A stretch of DNA of 64,000 nt. Origin: Aureliella sp. (GTDB lineage: Bacteria; Planctomycetota; Planctomycetia; Pirellulales; Pirellulaceae). The notes beneath the pieces were generated by a model that worked only from the letters and a program-made list of their open reading frames with translations, was not told the origin of the DNA and ran no database searches. How positions within the stretch are numbered: the first letter of the stretch is position 1; each line of letters opens with the position of its first letter. Made by a program: the position numbers and the translations under genes. Location: contig OY829846.1 in the NCBI GenBank assembly GCA_963691875.1, positions 2,880,001 through 2,944,000 of the forward strand. The letters run 5' to 3'. Below, in pieces: positions 50,938 through 61,516 of the stretch.

Positions 50938-53433
50938 CTACACGTCGAGGTTACGGACCTCTAAGGCGTGCTTCTCGATGAACTGACGTCGAGGCTCAAC
51001 CTTATCGCCCATCAATACACGAAACATCTCGTCGGCCGCAGCAGCGTCGGTCATCGACACTTGCACTAAGGTGCGATTGTCACGATCCAAAGTCGTTTCA
51101 CGAAGCTCTTCAGGATTCATTTCGCCCAATCCCTTAAAGCGAGTGACTTGCATGCCTTTCTCACCAGCTTGACGGATCGCCGGCAACAGAGCTCGCAAGT
51201 CATCCAAGCCAGTGCGATTCTCCTCACGCACGAGGTGGAACTTCGATTCCGTGCTACCTGTCTTTTGCTCTGGGATCAAATCACGAATCGAGAAGCCGTA
51301 CTCGGAAAGCAGCCTCAAGCCAGCATTGATGGTTTTGACCTCGTGCATTTCGACGACACGAGCAACGAGTCGTTCATCAACCTCTGCTGCTTCACTTTCC
51401 TGCTCTTCTTTATCGTCAGCCTTGCCTTCCTGAACCAAGTTCTCGCGTTCGATAAACTCGTCCATCGATGCCCTGGTGGCAAACCAGTGCATATCATTGC
51501 CTACGGTCACGAGAAATACGGGAAGATTCGTCGACTCACCTTCCATTCGGTCAGCGTGAGCCTTCAGGCTGATACCACGGCGCTCAAGTGCGATCAAAGC
51601 ATCCTCCATCGACGCCAGGCACTCACACAGCTTTCGCATTGTCTCGCCTTCGACTTGATTCTGATCATCCGACTCCAAACTACAGTCCGCAAGACCTCGC
51701 TCAAGCAGCTGAGTCTTCATTTCCTCTTCCGTCTGGACGTAGTAGCGAGTGTTCTTACCTCGCACCACACGGAACAAAGGTGGTTGTGCCAAATAGACGT
51801 GACCACCGGCAACAAGGTGATACATCTGGCGATAAAAGAAACACAGCAATAGGGTGCGAATGTGCGAACCGTCCACATCGGCATCGGTCATGATGATAAC
51901 TTTATCATAACGACGCTTGGCGATATCTTGATCCTGGCCGATACCGCAGCCGATCGCCTGGATCATGCTCTGCACTTCTTCGTTGGCCAGCACCTTATCT
52001 TCACGACTTTTATACGCATTGATGATCTTACCGCGAAGCGGCAGGATCGCCTGGAATTCACGAAACCGACCGCCTTCTGCACTTCCGCCGGCCGAATCAC
52101 CTTCCACCAAGTACACCTCGCACTCTTCCATCTTATTGCTGATGCAATCCCGAAGCTTGCCGGGCAGGCCGCCGCCGCTAAGCGCATCCTTTCGCTTGCG
52201 CAACAAGTCCTTCGCCTTGCGAGCCGCCTCTCGGGCCTCGCAGGCGAGAAGGCCCTTGCGGACGATCGTCTTTGCGTTGCGAGGATTTTCCTCCATGTAT
52301 TTCGTCAGCGCTTCGCCGACTGCGCCGCTTATAACACCCTCGACGTCGCTGTTGCCAAGCTTGGTTTTGGTTTGGCCCTCGAACTGCGGATGAGCAACAC
52401 GAATACTGATAACAGCGGTGAGCCCTTCGCGGAAGTCATCGCCTGTCGGGATCTGATCCTTGAACAGACCTTCCTTCTTGCCATAGTTGTTCAACGCTCG
52501 AGTCAGCGCGGAGCGAAAGCCAGATACGTGCGTCCCACCTTCAATCGTGTGAATATTATTCACGTAGGACTGAACCGTCTCAGTGTATTCAGTTGAGTAC
52601 TGCAGCGCGATCTCATACGGCACTCCATCGCGTTCGTCGGCAATGAGAAGCACGTCGGAATGCAAAGCGTCACTAGCGCGGTTCATGTGCTTAACGAACT
52701 CTACGATACCGTCTTCGTAGTAAAACTCATCGCCTTCATCGACGCGATCATCCTGAAAGATGATCTTCACACCTTTATTCAAGAACGCGAGCTCTTGCAG
52801 ACGCTTGTACAGAGTATCGAAGTTGAATTTGGTGTTGGCGAAGATCGTGCCGTCGGGCTTAAAAGTTGTCTTGGTACCAATACTCTTCGTAGCGTGCCCC
52901 TTCACCACAGCCCCCGTCGCAACGCCACGCTCATAACCCTGCGTCCAAACGTAGCCATCCCTGGAGACTTCGACTTCGCACCACTGCGACAAGAAGTTCA
53001 CTACGGTCACACCAACACCGTGTAGACCGCCAGACATGGCGTAAGCAGACTTCTCGAACTTGCCGCCGAACTTGAGCACTGTCATTACGCCTTCGAGCGT
53101 ACTGACCTCGCGCTCCATCTCTTCGCTTAGCTGCTCGTGCTTGTCGACTGGAATACCGCGACCATCATCTTCGACCGTTACCGAGCCGTCCGAGTTGATT
53201 CGAACAGTCACAGTCTTGGCGAACCCGGCCATTACCTCGTCGATCGAGTTATCGACAACCTCGTAGACAAGGTGGTGTAGGCCTTTGAGCGTCGTGTCGC
53301 CGATGTACATACTCGGGCGTTCGCGAACGTGCTCTTTGTCGCTCAGCTTCTTGAGATCCTCTGCGTTGTATTCGCCAGACATCCCGAGTTGCTCGTCCTG
53401 GTTGCCGTCAGCTGGTTGCTCTTGATCGCTCAT
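50938..53433 (-). CDS. gyrB: DNA gyrase subunit B
   Basis: VRERPSMYIG, EVVDNSIDE, DDGRGIP, SGGLHGVG, EGDSAGG, PLRGK, IMTDADVDGSHI and RFKGLGEM, with a long insertion in the TOPRIM domain. Confidence 0.97.
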   Translation of the reverse strand: MSDQEQPADGNQDEQLGMSGEYNAEDLKKLSDKEHVRERPSMYIGDTTLKGLHHLVYEVVDNSIDEVMAGFAKTVTVRINSDGSVTVEDDGRGIPVDKHEQLSEEMEREVSTLEGVMTVLKFGGKFEKSAYAMSGGLHGVGVTVVNFLSQWCEVEVSRDGYVWTQGYERGVATGAVVKGHATKSIGTKTTFKPDGTIFANTKFNFDTLYKRLQELAFLNKGVKIIFQDDRVDEGDEFYYEDGIVEFVKHMNRASDALHSDVLLIADERDGVPYEIALQYSTEYTETVQSYVNNIHTIEGGTHVSGFRSALTRALNNYGKKEGLFKDQIPTGDDFREGLTAVISIRVAHPQFEGQTKTKLGNSDVEGVISGAVGEALTKYMEENPRNAKTIVRKGLLACEAREAARKAKDLLRKRKDALSGGGLPGKLRDCISNKMEECEVYLVEGDSAGGSAEGGRFREFQAILPLRGKIINAYKSREDKVLANEEVQSMIQAIGCGIGQDQDIAKRRYDKVIIMTDADVDGSHIRTLLLCFFYRQMYHLVAGGHVYLAQPPLFRVVRGKNTRYYVQTEEEMKTQLLERGLADCSLESDDQNQVEGETMRKLCECLASMEDALIALERRGISLKAHADRMEGESTNLPVFLVTVGNDMHWFATRASMDEFIERENLVQEGKADDKEEQESEAAEVDERLVARVVEMHEVKTINAGLRLLSEYGFSIRDLIPEQKTGSTESKFHLVREENRTGLDDLRALLPAIRQAGEKGMQVTRFKGLGEMNPEELRETTLDRDNRTLVQVSMTDAAAADEMFRVLMGDKVEPRRQFIEKHALEVRNLDV

Positions 53434-53718
53434 TCAGTGCTCGAATCGGACAAAACTGAGGCGGGATCTGACCCGCCCAAAATGGCCTTCATTGGGACTC
53501 GGAAGACCAGGTAATATGTTGAAAAAGATTGTAGCATTTCACCCCGGTTTTGACTGGCCCAAATCGATACACAAGCCCCAGAAAAGCGCTTTAAAAAGCC
53601 GCTCTTCACAAGGGTTTTTGGCGATTGTCAGCAGCTGCAGGCCGAGCTTTCTGCAGGCCCGTACTGTCAACCCCAGAATCTCCGCGCCCGAGACATCAAT
53701 TCAGGCCCTGACAGCTTG

Positions 53719-53928
53719 CTAGAACAGGCTATAGATGAAAGGTGCTGCTGCAGAGCCGCTAGCCAGAACCAACACCGTGAGCAGCCCAAGTACGAGCAAT
53801 ATAGGCGTCATCCACCACTTCTTGTTCTCGGTCAGAAATGCGATGAATTCCCCCACCAAAGAATCCGAGCCTTCTTCACCCGCTTGCTCAAACTCAGTTG
53901 AGTCCTCGTTTTCAGGACGCTCAGTCAT
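53719..53928 (-). CDS. DUF5989-like small membrane protein
   Basis: EFIAFLTENKKWWMTPI...SAAAPFIYSLF pattern. Confidence 0.8.
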   Translation of the reverse strand: MTERPENEDSTEFEQAGEEGSDSLVGEFIAFLTENKKWWMTPILLVLGLLTVLVLASGSAAAPFIYSLF

Positions 53929-53958
53929 AGGGAAGCCTCAGAATGAAAATAGTGGCAA

Positions 53959-55422
53959 CTATGCAGGTGCTTTTTCCGGCACGCCCCGCCGGAAGCGAAC
54001 AACATTCGTCGCAATGCGATCATCCAAGTTCGGGCGGAAAATCGTTAGAAGTATGAAAGGCAGGAACCAAGCCATGAACAGCCCGCCTCCAAATCCATGC
54101 CAGAACTGAATAGCCAGCATGATTGCCGCAGTGCCGCACATCAAGGAGCCAAGCGTCTTGCGGGTCGGCCAAAAAACAAAACTCGCACTTAACAGAATGC
54201 AGGCCACCAAAGTCGGCACCCGGAACTCGGCAGGAAATCCATACTCGCTGTCCCAGATTCCCGAAAGGTTCTCCATTCTTGGCAACCAAAGCCCCCACAT
54301 TTGCGTGAGGTTCTCGCCAAAGTCAGACCCCTGAAATGCAAGTAGCAACATCAAAACAGCAAGACTTGAGAGCACACCGCTGATGAAAGGCCATAAGCCG
54401 CGATACCAGTAGAAGCTTATCCACAGCGGCAGCAAAAACAGCGGGTAATAAACAAGCCCAGAAGCCATCCCAAGCAGCACTCCCGCCACGAGCGGTTGAC
54501 GATAAGTCAGCAGAGCAAGTACCAAGAAAGCCGCCGGCACAGTGTGCTGCAAATTGCCTGTCATTTGAGCCGTGTAGGGCAATATCAAATACATCACCGC
54601 GCAGCCCACACCCGTCTTCACGTTGTCAAAGTGCCAGTAACCGACCCCGACAATTCCAAGCACGATTGCCAAGTTCGACAGAATCGCGAACACGCGAACG
54701 AGGTTCGGCAGCCAAGCTGGCGGTGGTTGCTCATCCCCCGCACTCTCCTCCAGCGTTTCGCTAAGAGACGTCGGGAGGGCAGGCAACATATTGAGCAGAA
54801 GGTAACCTGGCCCAAGTGATGGACTTCGAGCCTCCTGCTCTCTCGGCGTACTTGTGACTACATTCGCCATCAAGAACAAGAACAAAGAGATGCCAATGAA
54901 ATTCAATCCGCCCATCGACAGGTTCGGGACTAGCAAGGGTCTACGCACTAACGCCGGATCGATCAACATCCGGATCAACAGAAAAGCGCATGCCAAGAGC
55001 AGAAAAACGAACCCGAGAAACTCAAGATAACCGGGCTCCCAACCATTCGAAACCTGAGGCTGGTACTCCGGGCTGCCTGGAGACTCGGCTTCCTTCGAGC
55101 CCGATTCGTCCTGAAGAGCAGGGGCTTTACCCTGCACAAGTGCTACTGGAAATGCCCGCGAAGCCTGCTGTCTGGAGGATCCTAAATCCGTTTGCTTGAA
55201 CACCAAAGGCTGCGTGATTTCCGGAATCGGCGCCATTTGCAATCGCCTGCCTTCGTACACCATCATCAATCCGGGTGCCAACAAGAGCAGAAGTAGGAGA
55301 TCCAAATTGCGCACGCTGAAAAAGCGATGAAAGACGAAGTACATCGTAAGTAGCAAGAACGACGAGAGAAAAACCCACGTTGCTGGCTCAGGTCGCTGAT
55401 AGTACAGAAGGAGATCACTCAT
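53959..55422 (-). CDS. Polytopic membrane protein, possibly GT-C/GT87-like
   Basis: 487 aa with more than 10 hydrophobic segments and an RBS-less ATG start. The family assignment is only a guess from topology. Confidence 0.7.
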   Translation of the reverse strand: MSDLLLYYQRPEPATWVFLSSFLLLTMYFVFHRFFSVRNLDLLLLLLLAPGLMMVYEGRRLQMAPIPEITQPLVFKQTDLGSSRQQASRAFPVALVQGKAPALQDESGSKEAESPGSPEYQPQVSNGWEPGYLEFLGFVFLLLACAFLLIRMLIDPALVRRPLLVPNLSMGGLNFIGISLFLFLMANVVTSTPREQEARSPSLGPGYLLLNMLPALPTSLSETLEESAGDEQPPPAWLPNLVRVFAILSNLAIVLGIVGVGYWHFDNVKTGVGCAVMYLILPYTAQMTGNLQHTVPAAFLVLALLTYRQPLVAGVLLGMASGLVYYPLFLLPLWISFYWYRGLWPFISGVLSSLAVLMLLLAFQGSDFGENLTQMWGLWLPRMENLSGIWDSEYGFPAEFRVPTLVACILLSASFVFWPTRKTLGSLMCGTAAIMLAIQFWHGFGGGLFMAWFLPFILLTIFRPNLDDRIATNVVRFRRGVPEKAPA

Positions 55423-55708
55423 GGTTGTCAGCTAAGCGGCGAATTGCAACAGCGGTCGACCGGTTGCGAGGGAATGTCGCGCATACACTTTACTGACAAT
55501 ATCTCACCCGCTGTCGAGAATCGCGGTTCAGTGGATTTTGGCAGCACTACCAAGGAAAGTAACAAGGGTTTCGTAGACGCCTTAGGATAAAGTACAAAGC
55601 TCTCAATGCAATACCAACCGCCCTAAGCTAGGGTGATCCTACCTAGCTTTCCAACGGCAAAGGCAGGATGCACATGACTCTCCGCTTTTCGCGCCGGATG
55701 CTACTCCA

Positions 55709-56644
55709 GTGTCAGCCAACCCCATGCCTCAGAACAGAATCAAGGCTATCGAATTCTTTGCTGGCATTGGAGGATTTGTCCATAGCTGGCCCGATGCTGA
55801 TGTAGTTGCTGCCTACGATATCAGCGAACTTTGCCAGCAAGTCTATGAACAGAATCATCCGGGCCTATTCATTACCAAGGAAATTGCCAGCCTAAGTGCC
55901 GAAGAGCTAACGAATTGGCAAGCCGACGTATGGTGGATGTCGCCACCTTGCCAGCCCTTCACCTCGCGTGGCAATGGGAAAGACATCCACGACCCAAGGT
56001 GTTCCGCATTCCTCCATCTTACGGGTTTGATTCCAGAGTGCCTGCCGTGCCAGATCGGACTAGAGAATGTAGCTGGCTTTCGCAATTCGCAGGCAATGCA
56101 AAGGCTCGTGGCGACCCTCAAGCATTCCGGGTACACGGTGCAATACTGCGACTTCTGCCCTTCGCAACTGGGTTGGCCCAACCGTCGCCCGCGTTTCTAC
56201 TTGCTCGCGGCACGTGCCCCAGGTGCCCTGAGGCCATGGCGAGTCGTTGAATCCCAACCGAGTCATCATTCGCGATCGCCGCGATTGAAGGAACTCGTCA
56301 TGGATCAACAAGCAGATTATGATCCCGAAGTTTGCCTCGAACCGGAAAAGACAGAGGCCTTCGAAGAAGCCTTGGACCGCGTGTCGGCCGACGATGCCAC
56401 CGCCGTGACGGCTTGTTTCGGGAGTAGCTACGGCAAGTCCATTTTGCATGCTGGTTCGTACCTCCAAACAGTCGACGGGCTTCGCCGTTTCACACCGCGC
56501 GAAGTCGCCAAGCTGATGGGGTTTCCTGAGGAACTGGACATGGGCAGCCTGAGCACAAGACAACAATGGAAAGTACTCGGAAACAGCCTTTCCATTGTTG
56601 CCATGAAGCATATCCTCACGGGGTTCCGTTCGTACTCGGCATGA
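55709..56644 (+). CDS. C5-cytosine methyltransferase, Dnmt2/TRDMT1-like
   Basis: EFFAGIGG, MSPPCQPF, DPR, LENV.GF, P.QLG.PN.R.RFY, TACFGSSYG, LRRFTPREVA.LMGFP and LGNSL. The start is GTG 55709 or ATG 55724. Confidence 0.88.
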   Translation: MSANPMPQNRIKAIEFFAGIGGFVHSWPDADVVAAYDISELCQQVYEQNHPGLFITKEIASLSAEELTNWQADVWWMSPPCQPFTSRGNGKDIHDPRCSAFLHLTGLIPECLPCQIGLENVAGFRNSQAMQRLVATLKHSGYTVQYCDFCPSQLGWPNRRPRFYLLAARAPGALRPWRVVESQPSHHSRSPRLKELVMDQQADYDPEVCLEPEKTEAFEEALDRVSADDATAVTACFGSSYGKSILHAGSYLQTVDGLRRFTPREVAKLMGFPEELDMGSLSTRQQWKVLGNSLSIVAMKHILTGFRSYSA

Positions 56645-56710
56645 AGAACGCTCCAAGAGAAGGTCGGGTTGGTAGGAGGATGAAAGGAATTCGGGCGAAT
56701 CCCCGACGGC

Positions 56711-59700
56711 CTAATGCGACTCGTCAGCTACCTTTTGAGTGCCGTCTAGTGATGCGAGGTATTCGACCAAGTCACGCAATTCACGCTTGGACATCTTCGT
56801 GATGATGTCAGCCGGCATTCCTGACCGACCAACCTTGCGACCGATAATGTCATCCTTGAGATACTGCGTTGCTTTACCTTGCGCGTCAACCAACGTGATC
56901 GTATCGTCATCTTCTGCTCGCACGACGCCAGTATGCACTTGATCGTCGACATCGAGTAACACTGCGGACTCGAAGCCCTTGGCGATAACTTTGTTCGGAT
57001 CGACGATAGCTTCGAGAATGTAATCACGCTTCTTATCGATTCCGATCTTGGAAAGATCTGGGCCGACTTCACCGCCTGAACCAGCTACTTTGTGGCAGCG
57101 AACGCAAGACAGCGACACCTTTTCAACAAACACGCGGCGTCCACGCTCGACATCGCCGCCAACAAGCGACTCTCGGTATTTACCAAGTGGCGTGTGATCA
57201 CGGGTAGCATTGATTTGCTCCAGCAGCGACTTGATGTTCGCAGACGCCTGCCGCTTCTCAACGGCTTCCAAGGCCTCAAGCTGTGTTTCTGCAGGCAGCT
57301 TTCCGGCCAACCAAAGTTCAAGTACTGATGCAAGTTGCGTCTCAGCATCTTTGATTTCTCCAAGCTCGCTGATCGCGATTTGCCGCTCTGGAATGGAGCC
57401 GTTCAGTGCGGCAGCCGCCAACAAGTCCTTGGCTTGATCTGGCATAGCAGATCGCAACATGCTCAAAGCGGCCGCTCGTATCTTGGCCTCTTCCGACTTC
57501 AAGCCGAGATTAATGTCTGCCTGAGTCGCGCCTACTTTGCCCATAGCTTGCAGCGCCGCCGCTCGATCCGCGACGTCCAACGATTCGTTGGTCACCAAAC
57601 TACGAAGAATTGCCGCACTTTCACCCAAGCCATATCGACTGGCAACCTTCCCAAGCTCTAAGAGCACCGCGACGTCCGACGATCCTGACTTGCCGAAACG
57701 CTTCAGGAGAGTTGCCACCGCCTTTTTCGCTGGCTCGTCGCTTCGCTCTTCAATCGGACGCCACATCCCAGTCACTCGGTCACGGCCACTTGGTTGCGCC
57801 CAAACGCCCAACATCGCGAGGCCTTCGACACGCATCTTCTCAGGATTTTTTGCATCCAACACATAACTGGCTATCGCCGTTGCATTTCCAGTTCGGAAAT
57901 TCGCATCCAGTACACGGCGAATGATCGACTCGTTTGTCATCGGCTTCGTAATGCGCCAGGCTAGTTTTTTCATCGCTGTATCAATCGGTGAGTCATGGAT
58001 GGCTCGAGCCGCCTCAGCGACAACCAACTCAGACTCATCGTCCAGAAAATCACTGACCAGCTCAGACTGCTGCCGACGTAGTGCAACCACCGCAGATAGG
58101 CGGACATACAGCGACTCATTTGTCTTCATCCCCGCCAACTCGTTTGCATCAACGGTTTGCGACAGAGCCATAACCGCTGCATGTCGCAAAACGGGGTCCT
58201 GTCCAGCATTATCAACGATGCTTGCGACAATGGAGTCCACGGCCGCCTTGAGCCTCATCTTGCCGGCGCTGACCAGGGCAAAGTAACGAACCCGGGGTTC
58301 CTCATCGGCTAGCCCCTTAAGTACAGCCGCTTCCGCTGCGTCACTATCGACCTTTCCAGCAAACTCGCCCAGCAAACGTAGTGAATGAGCACGTAGCTCC
58401 AGCTCAGACGACTCGCAAAGCTTCAGCCAAGTCTCGACAGACTCCGATAGAGTCGCGGGCTTGCGTCGCGCCAAATGGTCGAGCCCCCAGACGCCGTGCA
58501 ACTGCTCCTTAACAGAGTCACCATTCAACGCCGCCGCAATCAGCAGCTTCTGGTCGCCTCGTTCGGCGAGTTCAAGCTGTGATTTATGGCGGACTCGACG
58601 GTCTACATGCTTTAAGTTGTTCGCAAGCAACTCGCTATCAATCTCAGCGATGTCGGCACGCAAGAACGCGGCGACTTCGCGCACGAGATCATCACTTCTT
58701 TCTGACTTGGTGTAGCGATAGATGCGTCCCTTCCCTTCACCATTCCAGCCATTCACCCAGTCAGAAATGTAAAGGGCACCATCAGGACCGAACTGCAAGT
58801 CAGTCGCTAAGACATTCCAAAATGGCTGAGCATCCTCGGCGATCTTGAAGAAGGCCCCATCCGCTTCATTTTTGATAGAGCGAATGCCGCTTCTGCTTGG
58901 CGTTCCACGGAAGTCGGCCAGCAAGAACTGCTCTTGGAACATATCGCCGAACCCGGTTCCAGGATAATACTCCAAACCAGACGGTCCATCCGCAAAGTTG
59001 GCAATCGGCGGCATGATATAGAAAGGCTGCCCTTCGTGCATTGGTTCCCAAATGCGTTCACGATTGAAAGGACCGCGATCTGGCAAGTACTGATAGGCCA
59101 TCCGCCAGCCCGTATCACCACCTTCGACCACGTAGACCCAGCGAGCCTGATCTCCGCTGTCGGAGTTATTATCTCCAGTGAACAGGTTTCCATACTCGTC
59201 AAAGGCCAACTCTTGCGGATTGCGAAGCCCGGTTGCGAAGATCTCGAGATTGGAGCCATCGAGCTCACAACGGAAAACAGATCCACTTTCAACGTTGACC
59301 ACGTTGCCCGACTTTTGCGGAATGTTCGCCCCACGGTCACCGATGCTGAAATAAAGTCGACCGTCAGGGCCAATCGTCAGCCCGTGCAAGTCGTGTCCGC
59401 GGAATGCGACTCGCACACCGTACCCGGTGTGCAGAACTGTTCGGCCATCGGCGACCAAGTCATTATCTTCGTCTCGCATCAGATAAACGGCGGGGATGCA
59501 AGTGAAGTAGACATTGCCTCGGTATTCGAGAACGCCCGCACCAGTGCCGTCCACCAAGTTGTTAAACCGCTTGGCGAACACTTTAGACTCATCCGCTTTG
59601 CCGTCGCCGTCAGCGTCCACGAGAACGCGTATCCGATCGTCTTCTTCAACGAACTTCTTCGCATCGTCTTCGCTGAGCAACCTCAAATGATACTGACGTC

Positions 59701-60055
59701 TATCCTCTACCGTCTTGGCTTCCAAATCAGCATCTACCCACTCACGACCGTAGCTTCGATTGTCCACTACGCCGGTGCTTTGACGGAACGTTTCACAGAC
59801 AAAAACGCGACCTCTGTCGTCAACATAGAAGGCGACAGGATTCGCAATCATAGGCTCCGCGGCAAACAGCTGGCCTTCGACACCTTCGGGAATCTTGTAT
59901 CCCCCCATCGATTGCTCGCCTTCATTTGAGGCACCAGCGATTTTCGGTTCGTTGGGCTCGGGACTGTCTTGAGCGAACAAAAATACTGAGGACAATACGT
60001 CGCTCGAAAAAACGCCCAAGGCGAAAAGAGCGGTCAACGCAAATCGAAATGACAT
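56711..60055 (-). CDS. PVC-type membrane-bound dehydrogenase domain + HEAT repeats + heme-binding CxxCH protein
   Basis: Signal peptide, LFAAEPMIANPVA, GLRNPQELAFD, GPDGALYISDW, HEAT repeats, SCVRCH, GPDLS and SGMP. ATG 60055 is preferred. Confidence 0.9.
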   Translation of the reverse strand: MSFRFALTALFALGVFSSDVLSSVFLFAQDSPEPNEPKIAGASNEGEQSMGGYKIPEGVEGQLFAAEPMIANPVAFYVDDRGRVFVCETFRQSTGVVDNRSYGREWVDADLEAKTVEDRRQYHLRLLSEDDAKKFVEEDDRIRVLVDADGDGKADESKVFAKRFNNLVDGTGAGVLEYRGNVYFTCIPAVYLMRDEDNDLVADGRTVLHTGYGVRVAFRGHDLHGLTIGPDGRLYFSIGDRGANIPQKSGNVVNVESGSVFRCELDGSNLEIFATGLRNPQELAFDEYGNLFTGDNNSDSGDQARWVYVVEGGDTGWRMAYQYLPDRGPFNRERIWEPMHEGQPFYIMPPIANFADGPSGLEYYPGTGFGDMFQEQFLLADFRGTPSRSGIRSIKNEADGAFFKIAEDAQPFWNVLATDLQFGPDGALYISDWVNGWNGEGKGRIYRYTKSERSDDLVREVAAFLRADIAEIDSELLANNLKHVDRRVRHKSQLELAERGDQKLLIAAALNGDSVKEQLHGVWGLDHLARRKPATLSESVETWLKLCESSELELRAHSLRLLGEFAGKVDSDAAEAAVLKGLADEEPRVRYFALVSAGKMRLKAAVDSIVASIVDNAGQDPVLRHAAVMALSQTVDANELAGMKTNESLYVRLSAVVALRRQQSELVSDFLDDESELVVAEAARAIHDSPIDTAMKKLAWRITKPMTNESIIRRVLDANFRTGNATAIASYVLDAKNPEKMRVEGLAMLGVWAQPSGRDRVTGMWRPIEERSDEPAKKAVATLLKRFGKSGSSDVAVLLELGKVASRYGLGESAAILRSLVTNESLDVADRAAALQAMGKVGATQADINLGLKSEEAKIRAAALSMLRSAMPDQAKDLLAAAALNGSIPERQIAISELGEIKDAETQLASVLELWLAGKLPAETQLEALEAVEKRQASANIKSLLEQINATRDHTPLGKYRESLVGGDVERGRRVFVEKVSLSCVRCHKVAGSGGEVGPDLSKIGIDKKRDYILEAIVDPNKVIAKGFESAVLLDVDDQVHTGVVRAEDDDTITLVDAQGKATQYLKDDIIGRKVGRSGMPADIITKMSKRELRDLVEYLASLDGTQKVADESH

Positions 60056-60480
60056 CGCAATATGGATCCTGGTCTGAACGGAACTTCTACGGTCGAATTC
60101 TAGGGGCAATATCGCCGGGAAGCAGGAGCTAATCGAAATCTACTGAAACTCCTGCAACTGGCCGAATCAAGGTGGGATGCTAGAGACGGGCTTCAAGGCA
60201 GGACTGGAATCGGCAAGCAAGCAGTCGGGCGACGCTCTGCATATTTTAGTTGAGTTTCGCCAGTTTGTTCAGCCATGTTTCAGGCTGTTCTCCAGTAGAA
60301 CGTCTGGCAAATCGGCAGCTATTGCTGGACCATTCGCCCCACCAATGGGAGCACTTGCCTGATCTCTCGCACCGAATGCCCGCGCACAGCGTCGTTTTTT
60401 TCTTGACTCGGACGCCTCGCAACCCCAAAATCGTCGAGTTTCGTTGGGCCCCTCTCTTGATTAGCCCTCGAGGATACGTC

Positions 60481-61407
60481 ATGCGTCTTTACGATTCTTC
60501 CAAGTGTACGATGCGCCGCGGAGCGTTTTCGCTTATTGAGCTTCTAGTGGTGATCGCGATCATTGCGATTCTGATTGGGCTCCTCTTACCCGCTGTACAA
60601 AGTGCCAGAGAAGCGGCGAGAGGAATCTCTTGTTCCAACAATCTCCATCAGCTGGGAATCGCAGTTCACAACTATCACGCCGCATTTAAAGTGGTCGTGC
60701 CTCAGCGAATCCAACAACGGCACAGCTGGATGGCTCTGCTACTTCCGCATGTAGAACAAGGCAGCACCTACAACGCCTATGATTTCAATTTGCCTTGGAA
60801 TCACCCGACTAATCAACCAGCCATCAAAGCTATCTTACCGGTTCTACATTGCCCGTCTTCTCCGGCCGACGCAGAGTTCCTCTACGATCTCGGGAACGAA
60901 ACTCAAGCCTCGATTACTGACTACGGCCCGACCAGTGGAGTAAGCCACCGGAGTGTGTTCTTTCATGGCGGCGACAACTCTGGTGCAATCAGTATACAAA
61001 CTCAAGGACCATTAAATTACGTCAAGGATGGTACGTCGAACACCTTTCTCATTGTCGAAGACGTTGGCAGGCCAGAGCATTGGATCAAACTGGGCAAAGG
61101 TCCCGAAGAATCGATCAATGGCTGTGCGAATTTCGACGTCCACAACGGGCTGGTCCTCGGCGCTGCATGGGCTTCGCCGAAAAACGCGTTGCCACTCCAC
61201 GGTTTTGACTCAAGTGGCCTGCGTTGCCCGGGAGACTGCGCACTCAATTGCACCAACAACAACGAAGCCTTTGGTTTTAACACCGGCGGTATTCTAACTG
61301 TTTTCGCCGATGGTCACGTCCAGTTCATTTCTGAGAACATCGACCATCAGATTTACGCCGATCTCATCACTGCTCGAGGCTCGGAAGTCATCTCAGCGCT
61401 GAATTGA
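60481..61407 (+). CDS. DUF1559 protein with prepilin-type N-terminal cleavage/methylation motif
   Basis: [50 protein letters not shown] and [12 protein letters not shown] 60481 is preferred over TTG 60250. Confidence 0.92.
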   Translation: MRLYDSSKCTMRRGAFSLIELLVVIAIIAILIGLLLPAVQSAREAARGISCSNNLHQLGIAVHNYHAAFKVVVPQRIQQRHSWMALLLPHVEQGSTYNAYDFNLPWNHPTNQPAIKAILPVLHCPSSPADAEFLYDLGNETQASITDYGPTSGVSHRSVFFHGGDNSGAISIQTQGPLNYVKDGTSNTFLIVEDVGRPEHWIKLGKGPEESINGCANFDVHNGLVLGAAWASPKNALPLHGFDSSGLRCPGDCALNCTNNNEAFGFNTGGILTVFADGHVQFISENIDHQIYADLITARGSEVISALN

Positions 61408-61516
61408 TAGACCAGCTAGCGAATCCTCTACCATTCGCCCCGACGCTACCTGGGCGTTAAACTCCTTGAAAAGCCATCTTCTGTAGTTGACTCGCATATG
61501 AAATTTTCTTGGGAGA

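Noticed and set aside
50938..53433. gyrB without adjacent gyrA, and its TOPRIM insertion, as a novelty or an intein
   Set aside because: Unlinked gyrA/gyrB and this insertion are known in many bacteria, and there are no intein terminal motifs.
55625..55649. 8-bp inverted repeat aagctagg/cctagctt upstream of the methyltransferase
   Set aside because: A single short palindrome with no second copy or regulator to tie it to.
55709..56644. Type II restriction-modification system
   Set aside because: No adjacent endonuclease or Vsr gene, and the motifs fit Dnmt2 better.
58934..59929. Long antisense ORFs (e.g. 58934..59929, 227..955, 51148..52596, 28706..29437)
   Set aside because: They are shadows of well-supported genes on the opposite strand and carry no recognisable motifs.
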